NCBI GenBank assembly: GCA_965222725.1
Contig: OZ244969.1
Span: 1,111,939-1,175,938 of the forward strand
Reading direction: 5' to 3'
DNA length: 64,000 nucleotides
DNA from: Ketobacteraceae bacterium
GTDB lineage: Bacteria > Pseudomonadota > Gammaproteobacteria > Pseudomonadales > Ketobacteraceae
Shown: piece by piece, positions 56,319 through 64,000 of the stretch
Layout of the letters: each line of letters begins with the position of its first letter
Numbering within the stretch: the first letter of the stretch is position 1
Translations under genes and position numbers: made by a program
Notes under the pieces: model-generated
The model's input: the letters and a program-made list of their open reading frames with translations, nothing else
What the model was told of the DNA's origin: nothing
The model's database searches: none

Positions 56319-57071
56319 TTACTGCTGACGACGACGCGCCATGCCCAGACCCAGCAGACCGGCTGCGAACAGCGCCAGGCTGCCCGGCTCCGGTACATCG
56401 TAGCTGTAGCGAATGCCGACAGTACCGGACCAGCCGTTGTTGCTGTTGGTCACGGAGCAGTTGTCGTCACCATCACCGCAACCGGTGATTTCCGCAGTCA
56501 GCAGACGGTTCAGGTCGAAACGCACAGGGCCGCCAACGAACTCGTCCAGTTCAATACCGGCCAGGTTCAGGGAGCCGCTGAAAGAACCGCTGTCGTACTC
56601 AGTGTCAGAGCAGCTGACGTTGGAAGGCCACCAGGTCTCACGGTTGTAGCAGGACAGGTGCGCAGATTCCGCTTCAACGGCAGATGAACCGGTAGGATCC
56701 ACCAGGCTGATGCGGTACTGGCCGGCAACATAGGCGCTGCCGCCGGTTTCTTCCGCCCAGTTGTACCACTGATCCACGTCACGGGCGTTCAGGGTGCCAC
56801 GCAGGGACCAGCCAGTGCCGAAGTCAATTTCCACACCGGTCAGCTCACCCAGTGAGGCATCAAAACCGCTCAGGAAAATGCTGCGGTTCTGGCTGTTGGT
56901 GGCGGTGGAGTTGTTGTGTCCGCTGCTTTCGTTATCGGTCACATTGGTGCTCCCGAAGTAAAAGCTGTCGGAGTAGGAAACGGTTTCGATGGGCCCTGCA
57001 GTTGCAAGACCAGCGGCACCCGTTAATGCCACTGCGCCAAGGAATTTGGCGATTTGCTTTTTGTCAGACAT
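56319..57071 (-). CDS. PEP-CTERM sorting domain-containing secreted protein
   Basis: Signal peptide, then at the C-terminus VPEPGSLALFAAGLLGLGMARRRQQ (PEP motif, TM helix, Arg cluster). Confidence 0.7.
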   Translation of the reverse strand: MSDKKQIAKFLGAVALTGAAGLATAGPIETVSYSDSFYFGSTNVTDNESSGHNNSTATNSQNRSIFLSGFDASLGELTGVEIDFGTGWSLRGTLNARDVDQWYNWAEETGGSAYVAGQYRISLVDPTGSSAVEAESAHLSCYNRETWWPSNVSCSDTEYDSGSFSGSLNLAGIELDEFVGGPVRFDLNRLLTAEITGCGDGDDNCSVTNSNNGWSGTVGIRYSYDVPEPGSLALFAAGLLGLGMARRRQQ

Positions 57072-57572
57072 ATAGTCCCCCCAGTTTAAGTTAAAAAGCC
57101 GCGAACCTAAGCAATTTCTATGCCTTTTGGGTAATCCGCCTGCAAAACCCCGGTCTTTCGTTTAGTTCCGGGTCAGTGCCGGGAGCCAGTGTAAAAGTCT
57201 TCAACAGCATAATTGGTCGATAATAGATCTATCAGGGCGGAGGTCAGCATGAAACCAGCTGTTGATTGCCTAACTCACTGTTATTAATGAGATTTATCTG
57301 GTTGTGGAACAATAGTCCTTGTGATGTGTGCTGTTTTATATTTCGACAAATTCGGGCTAGGGTAAAAAATGAGCATTCGGTAAATTTTTTAGCAGAATGT
57401 GTGAACTTACGGGAGTCTGTTGCTGTCATAGAAACGGAAGCTAAAGCAGCAACCCCCAATGGTTGAAATAAGCGAGTGTTTCAACCGATTTTAAGCGGCT
57501 TACCCCCATAAGCCGCACCATAGACGCCGATCATGGACCCCAACATGGTCGGCATTTTTTTATCTCTCTTTT

Positions 57573-58223
57573 TTATTCCTCTCCGGTACCTTCGTCTGCA
57601 TCCGCAAACCCCTGAACCGGCCCGGAAAACCATTCTTCCAGTTTATCCAGAGCTTCTTCCAGCCCCTGCCGGTTGAGCGAGGAGAACAGCTGTACCGAAA
57701 CCGAATGGCCATAAGGCTTGACCGCTTTCTGCACACTGAACTTGGCCTGATTGGCCTGGTTTTTCTTCAGCTTGTCCGCTTTACTCAGCAGAATATGGAT
57801 CGGCACCTGATAGTGATCCGCCCATTCCAGCATCATCTGGTCAAATTCCTTCATGGGGTGGCGCACATCCATCACCAGCACCAGGCCCCGCAGGGCATTG
57901 CGTTCTTCCAGATAGTGACCCATATGGGCCTGCCAGTCTTTTTTCAGTTTTTCCGGCACCTGGGCAAAACCATAGCCCGGCAAATCCACCAGTTTGAGCC
58001 CATCGCCGATACCGAAAAAATTGATCATCTGGGTCCGGCCGGGGGTTTTACTGGTGCGCGCCAGCTTTTTCTGGCTGGTTAAGGTATTGATTGCACTGGA
58101 TTTTCCGGAATTTGAGCGGCCTGCAAAGGCCACTTCAATGCCTTCGTCCGGAGGGCAGGTTTCCAGGGTAGGTGCTCCCTGCAGAAACACCGCCTGTTGC
58201 AGTACAGAGGCAAAGCTGTGCAT
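57573..58223 (-). CDS. engB: Ribosome biogenesis GTP-binding protein YihA/YsxC
   Basis: G1 [10 protein letters not shown]3 DLPGYG and G4 SKADK motifs. Conserved neighbour of polA. Confidence 0.9.
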   Translation of the reverse strand: MHSFASVLQQAVFLQGAPTLETCPPDEGIEVAFAGRSNSGKSSAINTLTSQKKLARTSKTPGRTQMINFFGIGDGLKLVDLPGYGFAQVPEKLKKDWQAHMGHYLEERNALRGLVLVMDVRHPMKEFDQMMLEWADHYQVPIHILLSKADKLKKNQANQAKFSVQKAVKPYGHSVSVQLFSSLNRQGLEEALDKLEEWFSGPVQGFADADEGTGEE

Positions 58224-58344
58224 GACGTGTTCAGACTCTATTCAGGTAGGTAGCTGTAAAATAGCGGCTAGTTTAACCGATCAAGGGCCATGAGGCATCG
58301 CAACCCATGGCAGATTAAGGCTTTATTTATCACTTGCTTCCTTA

Positions 58345-58373
58345 ACTCTTGCAGGGAGATTAGCTATAATCCC
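58345..58373 (+). promoter_or_regulatory. Candidate sigma70 promoter for the cytochrome c5/c4 genes
   Basis: TTAACT-N17-TATAAT about 110 nt upstream of the c5 start. Prediction from consensus only. Confidence 0.3.
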
Positions 58374-58485
58374 GCGACTTTTGAGAGAAGACAGGGCCCC
58401 CGGAGGCTGAGTACTCAGGCTGATCCGTGGCCGAACAGATTGATTGGTTACCATTCATCTTTAAATTGATCCGACGGGTAAGGGT

Positions 58486-58797
58486 TTGACTATGAAAAAA
58501 CTCGCATTTGCTTCCGCAGTTCTGGCACTGGGTATTACCGCATCTGCCCAGGCGGCAGAAGCTCCAGCAAAATACAACATGTACTGTGTTGGTTGTCACG
58601 CTACTGGCGCGGCCAATGCGCCCAAAACCGGCGATAATGCCGCCTGGGAAGCCCGCTTATCAGCTGCCGGCGGTATCGATGGCCTGGTGGCCAGCTCCAA
58701 GAAGGGTAAAGGCGCCATGCCTCCCATGGGTCTGTGTGCAGACTGTAGCGACGCCGAACTGAAAGAAATGATTCAGTTTATGGCTGGCACCAAGTAA
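58486..58797 (+). CDS. Cytochrome c5 family monoheme c-type cytochrome
   Basis: Signal peptide. Heme-binding CVGCH. A C-terminal disulfide Cys pair (CADCSD) is typical of c5. Confidence 0.75.
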   Translation: MTMKKLAFASAVLALGITASAQAAEAPAKYNMYCVGCHATGAANAPKTGDNAAWEARLSAAGGIDGLVASSKKGKGAMPPMGLCADCSDAELKEMIQFMAGTK

Positions 58798-58841
58798 CCG
58801 ATCGCTGATTCAGGCAGTTTTTGTTTAGGATGTAGAGGATT

Positions 58842-59477
58842 ATGAAAAAACTTTTTTCAACACTTTCGGCCATCGTATTGATGGCAGGTGCGGTCGGTGT
58901 TCAGGCCGCCGGGGACGCGGAAGCCGGCAAGGCAAAAACCGCGGTGTGTGCCGGCTGCCACGGGGCTGACGGTAACAGCATGGTGCCAAGCTTTCCCAAG
59001 CTGGCGGGTCAGGCCGAGGCCTACACCATCAAACAGTTAAACGATATGAAAGCCGGTGAGCGTAACGTACCGCAAATGGCGGCGTTTCTTCCCGGTCTGA
59101 GTGATCAGGACATTGCCGACATTGCTGCCTACTACGCGGCTCAGACCCCTAAAGTGGGCAAGGCCGATCCTGAGCTGGTGGAGCTGGGGCAGCAGCTGTA
59201 CCGTGCCGGTAACCCCGAAAGTGGTGTTACCGCCTGTGCCGGTTGCCACGGTGCCAACGGTAAAGGCATGCCTGCTGCGGGATATCCCCTGTTGTCCGGT
59301 CAGCATGCCGGCTATATTGAAGCCCAGCTGAAGGCGTTCCGCGCCGCCGGCCGTGGTGATGAAGCCGGCCCTTACCGTACCAACGATGGTGAGGGCATGA
59401 TGATGCGGGCGACAGCCGCACGCCTGACAGATTCCGAAATCAAGGCGCTGTCGAGCTACATCAACGGCCTGTACTGA
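58842..59477 (+). CDS. Cytochrome c4 (diheme)
   Basis: Two CxxCH motifs (CAGCHGADG, CAGCHGANG). 211 aa with signal peptide. Conserved upstream of dsbA. Confidence 0.85.
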   Translation: MKKLFSTLSAIVLMAGAVGVQAAGDAEAGKAKTAVCAGCHGADGNSMVPSFPKLAGQAEAYTIKQLNDMKAGERNVPQMAAFLPGLSDQDIADIAAYYAAQTPKVGKADPELVELGQQLYRAGNPESGVTACAGCHGANGKGMPAAGYPLLSGQHAGYIEAQLKAFRAAGRGDEAGPYRTNDGEGMMMRATAARLTDSEIKALSSYINGLY

Positions 59478-59490
59478 TCGGCACAACGTA

Positions 59491-59521
59491 AAAAAGGCAG
59501 CTTGAGGCTGCCTTTTTTTAT
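59491..59521 (+). terminator. Rho-independent terminator after cytochrome c4
   Basis: AAAAAGGCAGC-ttgag-GCTGCCTTTTTTTA. Confidence 0.6.
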
Positions 59522-59617
59522 GTCTGATTGCCGCGCTTATTCAGCACCGGTACAGTTTCATGAAGATAAATTAGAATAATGATGTCCAAGCTGAATTCAA
59601 TCCCAAGGAGACATGCA

Positions 59618-60271
59618 ATGAAACCCAGCTTACAGGCGCTTTTCCGCTTCACCATGGTAGTAGTACTCGGTGCTTTCACGATGGCCGCTAACGCGGAAAC
59701 TTTCCGCGAGGGTGTGGATTACAAGGTACTGGAAACCCCGGTGGACGTGGATAACCCCAAGAATATCGAGGTTCGGGAATTTTTCTGGTACGGCTGCCCC
59801 CATTGTTTTGCCCTGGAAGCCCACCTGAGCGACTGGAAGAAAACCAAGCCTGAAGGGGTGGATTTTGTCCCGACGCCTGCACCCCTGAATGCCTCCTGGA
59901 CACCACATGCCCATGCCTTTTATGTGGCAGAGGCCCTGGGCAAAACCGATGAAATCTCCACTGCGCTCTTTGATGCCCTGCATGTGGATAAGAAACGTAT
60001 TACCAGTCAGGATCAGCTGGCGGAGTTTTTCACCCGGTTTGATGTCAGCGAGGAAGAGTTCAACAAGCTCTACAACTCCTTCTCGGTACGGGTTGCGGTG
60101 CGCAAGGCCGAGGCTCTGGCCAAGGCCTACCGGCTGACCGGTGTGCCGGCGCTGATTGTGAACGGCAAGTACCTGGTGGAAATGCGTACCGCCAAATCCA
60201 ATGAGCGCATGATCGATATTGTTAACTTTTTGATCGACAAAGAGAAGATTCAAGCAAAAACAGGCGTTTAG
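59618..60271 (+). CDS. dsbA: Thiol:disulfide interchange protein DsbA
   Basis: Thioredoxin fold with CPHC active site (FFWYGCPHCF). Start chosen at the ATG with an AAGGAG RBS 8 nt upstream. Confidence 0.85.
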   Translation: MKPSLQALFRFTMVVVLGAFTMAANAETFREGVDYKVLETPVDVDNPKNIEVREFFWYGCPHCFALEAHLSDWKKTKPEGVDFVPTPAPLNASWTPHAHAFYVAEALGKTDEISTALFDALHVDKKRITSQDQLAEFFTRFDVSEEEFNKLYNSFSVRVAVRKAEALAKAYRLTGVPALIVNGKYLVEMRTAKSNERMIDIVNFLIDKEKIQAKTGV

Positions 60272-60440
60272 CCCTGCCTGTTAATCAAAACCCGTCCGAG
60301 TGTGACCCTGTTCCTGGCAGGCAGCTGGCTCCGGAATTATGATTCCGGGCCGGCGTTAACGGGAAACTCCCTCCGCCCGCCGGCATACGCTATAGTTTAA
60401 AGATCGCTAAATTTACATTACCTGTGGGTGTGAGGTTCGT

Positions 60441-61274
60441 TTGTCTTTCCACATTAATCACCAGGTTCCCCATCGCGAAGGCACGGCCCTGTCCACCCGC
60501 TACGGGGATACTGTGCCCGAGTCCCTGAAGCTGCTGACCTACAATATTCAGGCGGCCATTGGTACCTCGAAATACTGGCATTATGTGACCCGCAGCTGGC
60601 GCCATGTGTTGCCGGACTGGCGTGGTATTCAGCGCCTGGACGATATCGGTCGGGTAATTACCGCCTATGATCTGGTGGCCTTGCAGGAAGTGGACGGCGG
60701 CAGTCTGCGCTCCAACTTTGTCAATCAGGTGGCCTATCTGGCCAAATCCTGCGAGTTTGATTACTGGTATCAGCAGCTGAACCGGGATTTTGGCAAGCTG
60801 GGCCAGTTCAGTAACGGGATTCTTTCCCGGTTTGTGCCCTACGAAGTGGAAGACCACAAGCTCCCCGGCCTGAAGGGGCGTGGTGCCATTGTGGCCAAAT
60901 ACGGTAACGACAAACACCCCCTGGTGCTGGTGGGGGTTCACCTGGCCCTGAGCGAACGTGCCCGCTACCGGCAGCTGGATTACCTGCGGGATCTGGTGCA
61001 GGGTTATGAGCATGTGGTGGTGATGGGCGATATGAACTGCCGCGGCGATCAGATCATCGACACCCCCCTGCGGGACACCCATCTTATCCAGGTAAAAGAA
61101 GAGCACCACACCTTCCCCAGCTGGAAACCCGACCGTAATATTGACCACATCATGGTGAGCCCCTCCCTGCAGATCAAGGAAGTGGAAGTGCTGGACTTTG
61201 TTCATTCAGACCATCGTCCCATCGCCATGGAGGTGATGCTGCCGCCCCAGGTGCGCGACGCCTTTTACGACTGA
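60441..61274 (+). CDS. Endonuclease/exonuclease/phosphatase (EEP) family protein
   Basis: LKLLTYNIQ N-terminal motif, and C-terminal DHIMVS / SDHRPI catalytic His/Asp motifs of the EEP fold. TTG start in the track. Confidence 0.65.
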   Translation: MSFHINHQVPHREGTALSTRYGDTVPESLKLLTYNIQAAIGTSKYWHYVTRSWRHVLPDWRGIQRLDDIGRVITAYDLVALQEVDGGSLRSNFVNQVAYLAKSCEFDYWYQQLNRDFGKLGQFSNGILSRFVPYEVEDHKLPGLKGRGAIVAKYGNDKHPLVLVGVHLALSERARYRQLDYLRDLVQGYEHVVVMGDMNCRGDQIIDTPLRDTHLIQVKEEHHTFPSWKPDRNIDHIMVSPSLQIKEVEVLDFVHSDHRPIAMEVMLPPQVRDAFYD

Positions 61275-61359
61275 CCTGGGTCTCATTATTTGCTGCAGTT
61301 GGCCCTATCCCATCTATACTGATTAAAATCAGTTGGTAACTCGGGCATGCCTTCATTCC

Positions 61360-63300
61360 ATGACGCAGGACTCACAGGACTGGAAAGAAAAGTACCTATC
61401 CTCTCTCGAAAGCTTTGAGCGGCTGCAAAAAGCGGACAAAGAACGGCTGGACGTTTTAAAACGGGGCTTCGTTCGGGTCAGTCTGGCAGCAGATGGTCAG
61501 GATACGGTACTGGACGAAAAACTGGCAGAACTGCGCACCGAGCTGCGCAGCAGCCGGGATATTCTGGAACTGGAACCACAGATAGCCGGCCTGGAACAGC
61601 TGGTGGTGGCACTGGATGAACGTCGTCAGGAAGAGATCGAAGCCATCGAAGAGCTGGTGGGCGGATCGCTGGACGCTTTTCTGGACACCGAGCTTCCCCG
61701 CAAGAAAAAATCCTCCATTCGCAAATATCAGAAAGCCGTGCCGAAGCTGCTGGAAGGCAGTGGCAACCATATGGAACTGTGGAAGGAATACGCCGCCATT
61801 CAGGCCCAGCTGGCTGAGCATATAAGGGAACTGGAAAACCAGGACGAAGACAGCCGCAAGGGCTTTTTCCAGCGCTTGTTCGGTGGTGGGGACAACACTG
61901 CCGAAAGTGCAACGGCGCCGGAGCTAACCGGTGAGTCCGCAGAAGAGTCCGACGCTGAGCCGGGATTATCTGAGCCGTCACCTTCACCTGAAAATAACAG
62001 CGCCACTCAGGCGCCAAGTGATGCGGCGGGTGATGAGGTTTCTGCATCCGCTGAGCCCTCTCTTGCCGACGATAAATCTTCCATCGCTGACGATACCTCT
62101 CTGTCAGGTGACGCCTCTCAACCCGGCGAAGCCTCTCAACCCGGTGAAGCCTCCACCACAGACCCGCTCGCCGACGATGCCAACCGGTTTGTGGATTCGG
62201 CCCTGCATGGCAAAACTGCGGCTGTGGCATTGCCCGCCGATGAGGCCGAGCGTGAGCAGTTGCGCCAGCGTATTGCCAGTGTGCTGTCCAGCCTGCTGCA
62301 GCAGATTGACCTGCCCGATGAAACCCTGGAGCGGCGTAACGAACTGGTTGAGCGCATCGAGAACCCCTTTACCTGGGAGGAGTTGCCGGATCTGCTGGAA
62401 GAAGCCGCGGAACTGGTAACCAGCACCCGGGCAAAAGCCCAGCAGGAGTTTGAAGGTTTTCTGGTGGCGCTCCATGAGCGCCTGCGGGACATTCAGGAGT
62501 TTCTTCAGGCGGCCCGCAAGGGTGAAGAAGAATCCCAGCTGAACCAGCAGAAACTGGATACGGAAGTTCGTAATGAACTGAAAGAGATCCGCTCCACCGT
62601 GGAAGGTTCCAGCGATATTGGCCGGATTAAACTGGATATCGAATCCATGGTGGATCGTATCATGTCGGTGGTGGACGATTTTCACCGCACGGAAAAAGAG
62701 CGCCGTGACGAGGTTTATGAACGCATCGAAACGTTGGGCAAGCGCATGGAATCCATGGAAGAGGAAGCCACAGAGTTACGCAACAATCTGGAAACCACCC
62801 GCATTCAGGCCATGAAAGATGCGCTCACGGAACTGCCCAACCGCCAGGCTTACAACGAACATATCGAGCGGGAATACTCCCGCTGGAAACGACGTGCCTA
62901 TCCGCTCTCCATCGCGGTTTGTGACATCGATCATTTCAAATCCATCAATGATAACCTGGGCCATTTGCGGGGTGATAAGGTGTTAAAACTGGTGGCCCGG
63001 GAACTGTCGCGGCGTATCCGCAATGAGGATTTTGTGGCCCGCTTCGGCGGTGAGGAATTTGTTATCGTGATGCCCGATACCGATGAACCATCGGCGGTGG
63101 CGGCAGTGGAGAAAGTGCGTTCCTGTATTGAGGAGTGCCCGTTCAATTTCAATAATGAACGGATTCCGGTGACGGCGTCCTTTGGTGTGACGTCCTTTAC
63201 CGAGGGTGACACCATAGAAAGCTGTTTTGAACGGGCGGATAAAGCACTTTATAAAGCCAAGGCGGAAGGGCGTAACCGCGTGGTCCGGATGGGAACCTGA
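61360..63300 (+). CDS. Diguanylate cyclase (GGDEF domain) with a long N-terminal coiled-coil and acidic low-complexity region
   Basis: GGEEF active site (RFGGEEF), I-site RxxD (RNED) upstream, DxLT (DALTELPNR) start of the GGDEF domain. N-terminal about 480 aa helical. Confidence 0.8.
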   Translation: MTQDSQDWKEKYLSSLESFERLQKADKERLDVLKRGFVRVSLAADGQDTVLDEKLAELRTELRSSRDILELEPQIAGLEQLVVALDERRQEEIEAIEELVGGSLDAFLDTELPRKKKSSIRKYQKAVPKLLEGSGNHMELWKEYAAIQAQLAEHIRELENQDEDSRKGFFQRLFGGGDNTAESATAPELTGESAEESDAEPGLSEPSPSPENNSATQAPSDAAGDEVSASAEPSLADDKSSIADDTSLSGDASQPGEASQPGEASTTDPLADDANRFVDSALHGKTAAVALPADEAEREQLRQRIASVLSSLLQQIDLPDETLERRNELVERIENPFTWEELPDLLEEAAELVTSTRAKAQQEFEGFLVALHERLRDIQEFLQAARKGEEESQLNQQKLDTEVRNELKEIRSTVEGSSDIGRIKLDIESMVDRIMSVVDDFHRTEKERRDEVYERIETLGKRMESMEEEATELRNNLETTRIQAMKDALTELPNRQAYNEHIEREYSRWKRRAYPLSIAVCDIDHFKSINDNLGHLRGDKVLKLVARELSRRIRNEDFVARFGGEEFVIVMPDTDEPSAVAAVEKVRSCIEECPFNFNNERIPVTASFGVTSFTEGDTIESCFERADKALYKAKAEGRNRVVRMGT

Positions 63301-63382
63301 CGGTGCACACTGTCACCGATACTATCGCCTCTTTGTTCAAGCATGCGGGTAGCCGTATCAAGCCAGTAGCGGGTATAGGATC

Positions 63383-63922
63383 ATGAACGCAGAAGCCAGC
63401 ATTCAGGAACTGACCCGGATTTTTGAAGAGTCCTGCCTGGAACTGTTTACGGGGTTTGGTTGCAATATCCAGAAAACCGACGAAGCCATGCCGGAAGGCA
63501 CCGATGACCCTGTTGCCATGGTGGATGCCGGCTCACCGGAGCTGGAAATTGCGGTGATTCTGCGTTTGCCGGTGAATATTCTGGCACTCACCTATCCCGC
63601 GGGAGCGGAGATTACCCAGGTATCCGAAGAGGTGTTGGAAGACTGGATCGCGGAAATTTCCAACCAGCTGATCGGCAAGATCAAGAACCGACTGTTGACC
63701 TATGGGGTGCGCCTGACGCTGGGTTTGCCCAACGCCTATTTTGGTGTGGATATGGCAGATATGATCACCGAGGGCCGCCATTGTATGGTGAGTGTGTTTG
63801 ATATCGATAACGAACTGCTGGAAGTGGTGTTGCTGATGGACATTCTGGACGACACCCTGGATTTGACCACCCCACCCCAGGAAGACGATGGTCCCGGTGG
63901 CGGCGAGCTGGAACTGTTCTGA
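63383..63922 (+). CDS. Hypothetical acidic protein (179 aa)
   Basis: ORF downstream of the GGDEF gene on the same strand. No confident motif. Confidence 0.35.
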   Translation: MNAEASIQELTRIFEESCLELFTGFGCNIQKTDEAMPEGTDDPVAMVDAGSPELEIAVILRLPVNILALTYPAGAEITQVSEEVLEDWIAEISNQLIGKIKNRLLTYGVRLTLGLPNAYFGVDMADMITEGRHCMVSVFDIDNELLEVVLLMDILDDTLDLTTPPQEDDGPGGGELELF

Positions 63923-64000
63923 AACGCCGGCCGTTATCCCTGTTTTTCCGGCAGGTTTTTGCGGTATTCCGATGGCGTTACCCCCACCTGATTCCGAAAC

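Noticed and set aside
57244-57466. Two overlapping small ORFs (71 aa on the minus strand, 66 aa on the plus strand) in the 500-bp gap upstream of the PEP-CTERM gene
   Set aside because: No RBS, low-complexity sequence, and the two overlap each other on opposite strands. This is more likely a non-coding leader or regulatory region.

Overview
This 64-kb window looks like a gammaproteobacterial chromosome (about 58-60% GC) with Pseudomonas-like core synteny. Recognisable core blocks are trkH-trkA-rsmB-fmt-def, divergent from a TsaP-like LysM gene followed by dprA-tsaC-hemF-aroE. Further on are prlC-yheV, znuBC/znuA, and polA / engB-cytochrome c5-cytochrome c4-dsbA-EEP-GGDEF. Several accessory or poorly characterised loci are embedded in this core. 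(1) At the 5' edge, a conserved but functionally uncharacterised DUF2126 / circularly permuted ATP-grasp + alpha-E / transglutaminase cluster. (2) An orphan 887-aa YD(RHS)-repeat protein downstream of trkH. (3) A 1046-aa low-GC lipoprotein with an N-terminal LRR domain and four near-identical 534-bp tandem RTX/HCBP-related modules, inserted between the TsaP-like gene and dprA. (4) The most striking locus is a minus-strand operon encoding a YqiJ/NfeD-like membrane protein, a 692-aa flotillin (SPFH) protein, a 1765-aa protein with one MoxR/AAA_5-like P-loop buried in very long coiled coils, and a small periplasmic protein. It sits divergent from a YjfI / YjfJ(PspA/IM30) / zinc-ribbon / rhomboid cluster. 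The shared intergenic region carries four copies of a 13-bp palindrome, GACAT-N3-ATGTC. Also present are an isolated PEP-CTERM protein between polA and engB, a thrombospondin-type-3-repeat lipoprotein, and several clean rho-independent terminators. I found no rRNA, tRNA, CRISPR array, transposase or integrase. Many long antisense ORFs in the six-frame track are high-GC artefacts.
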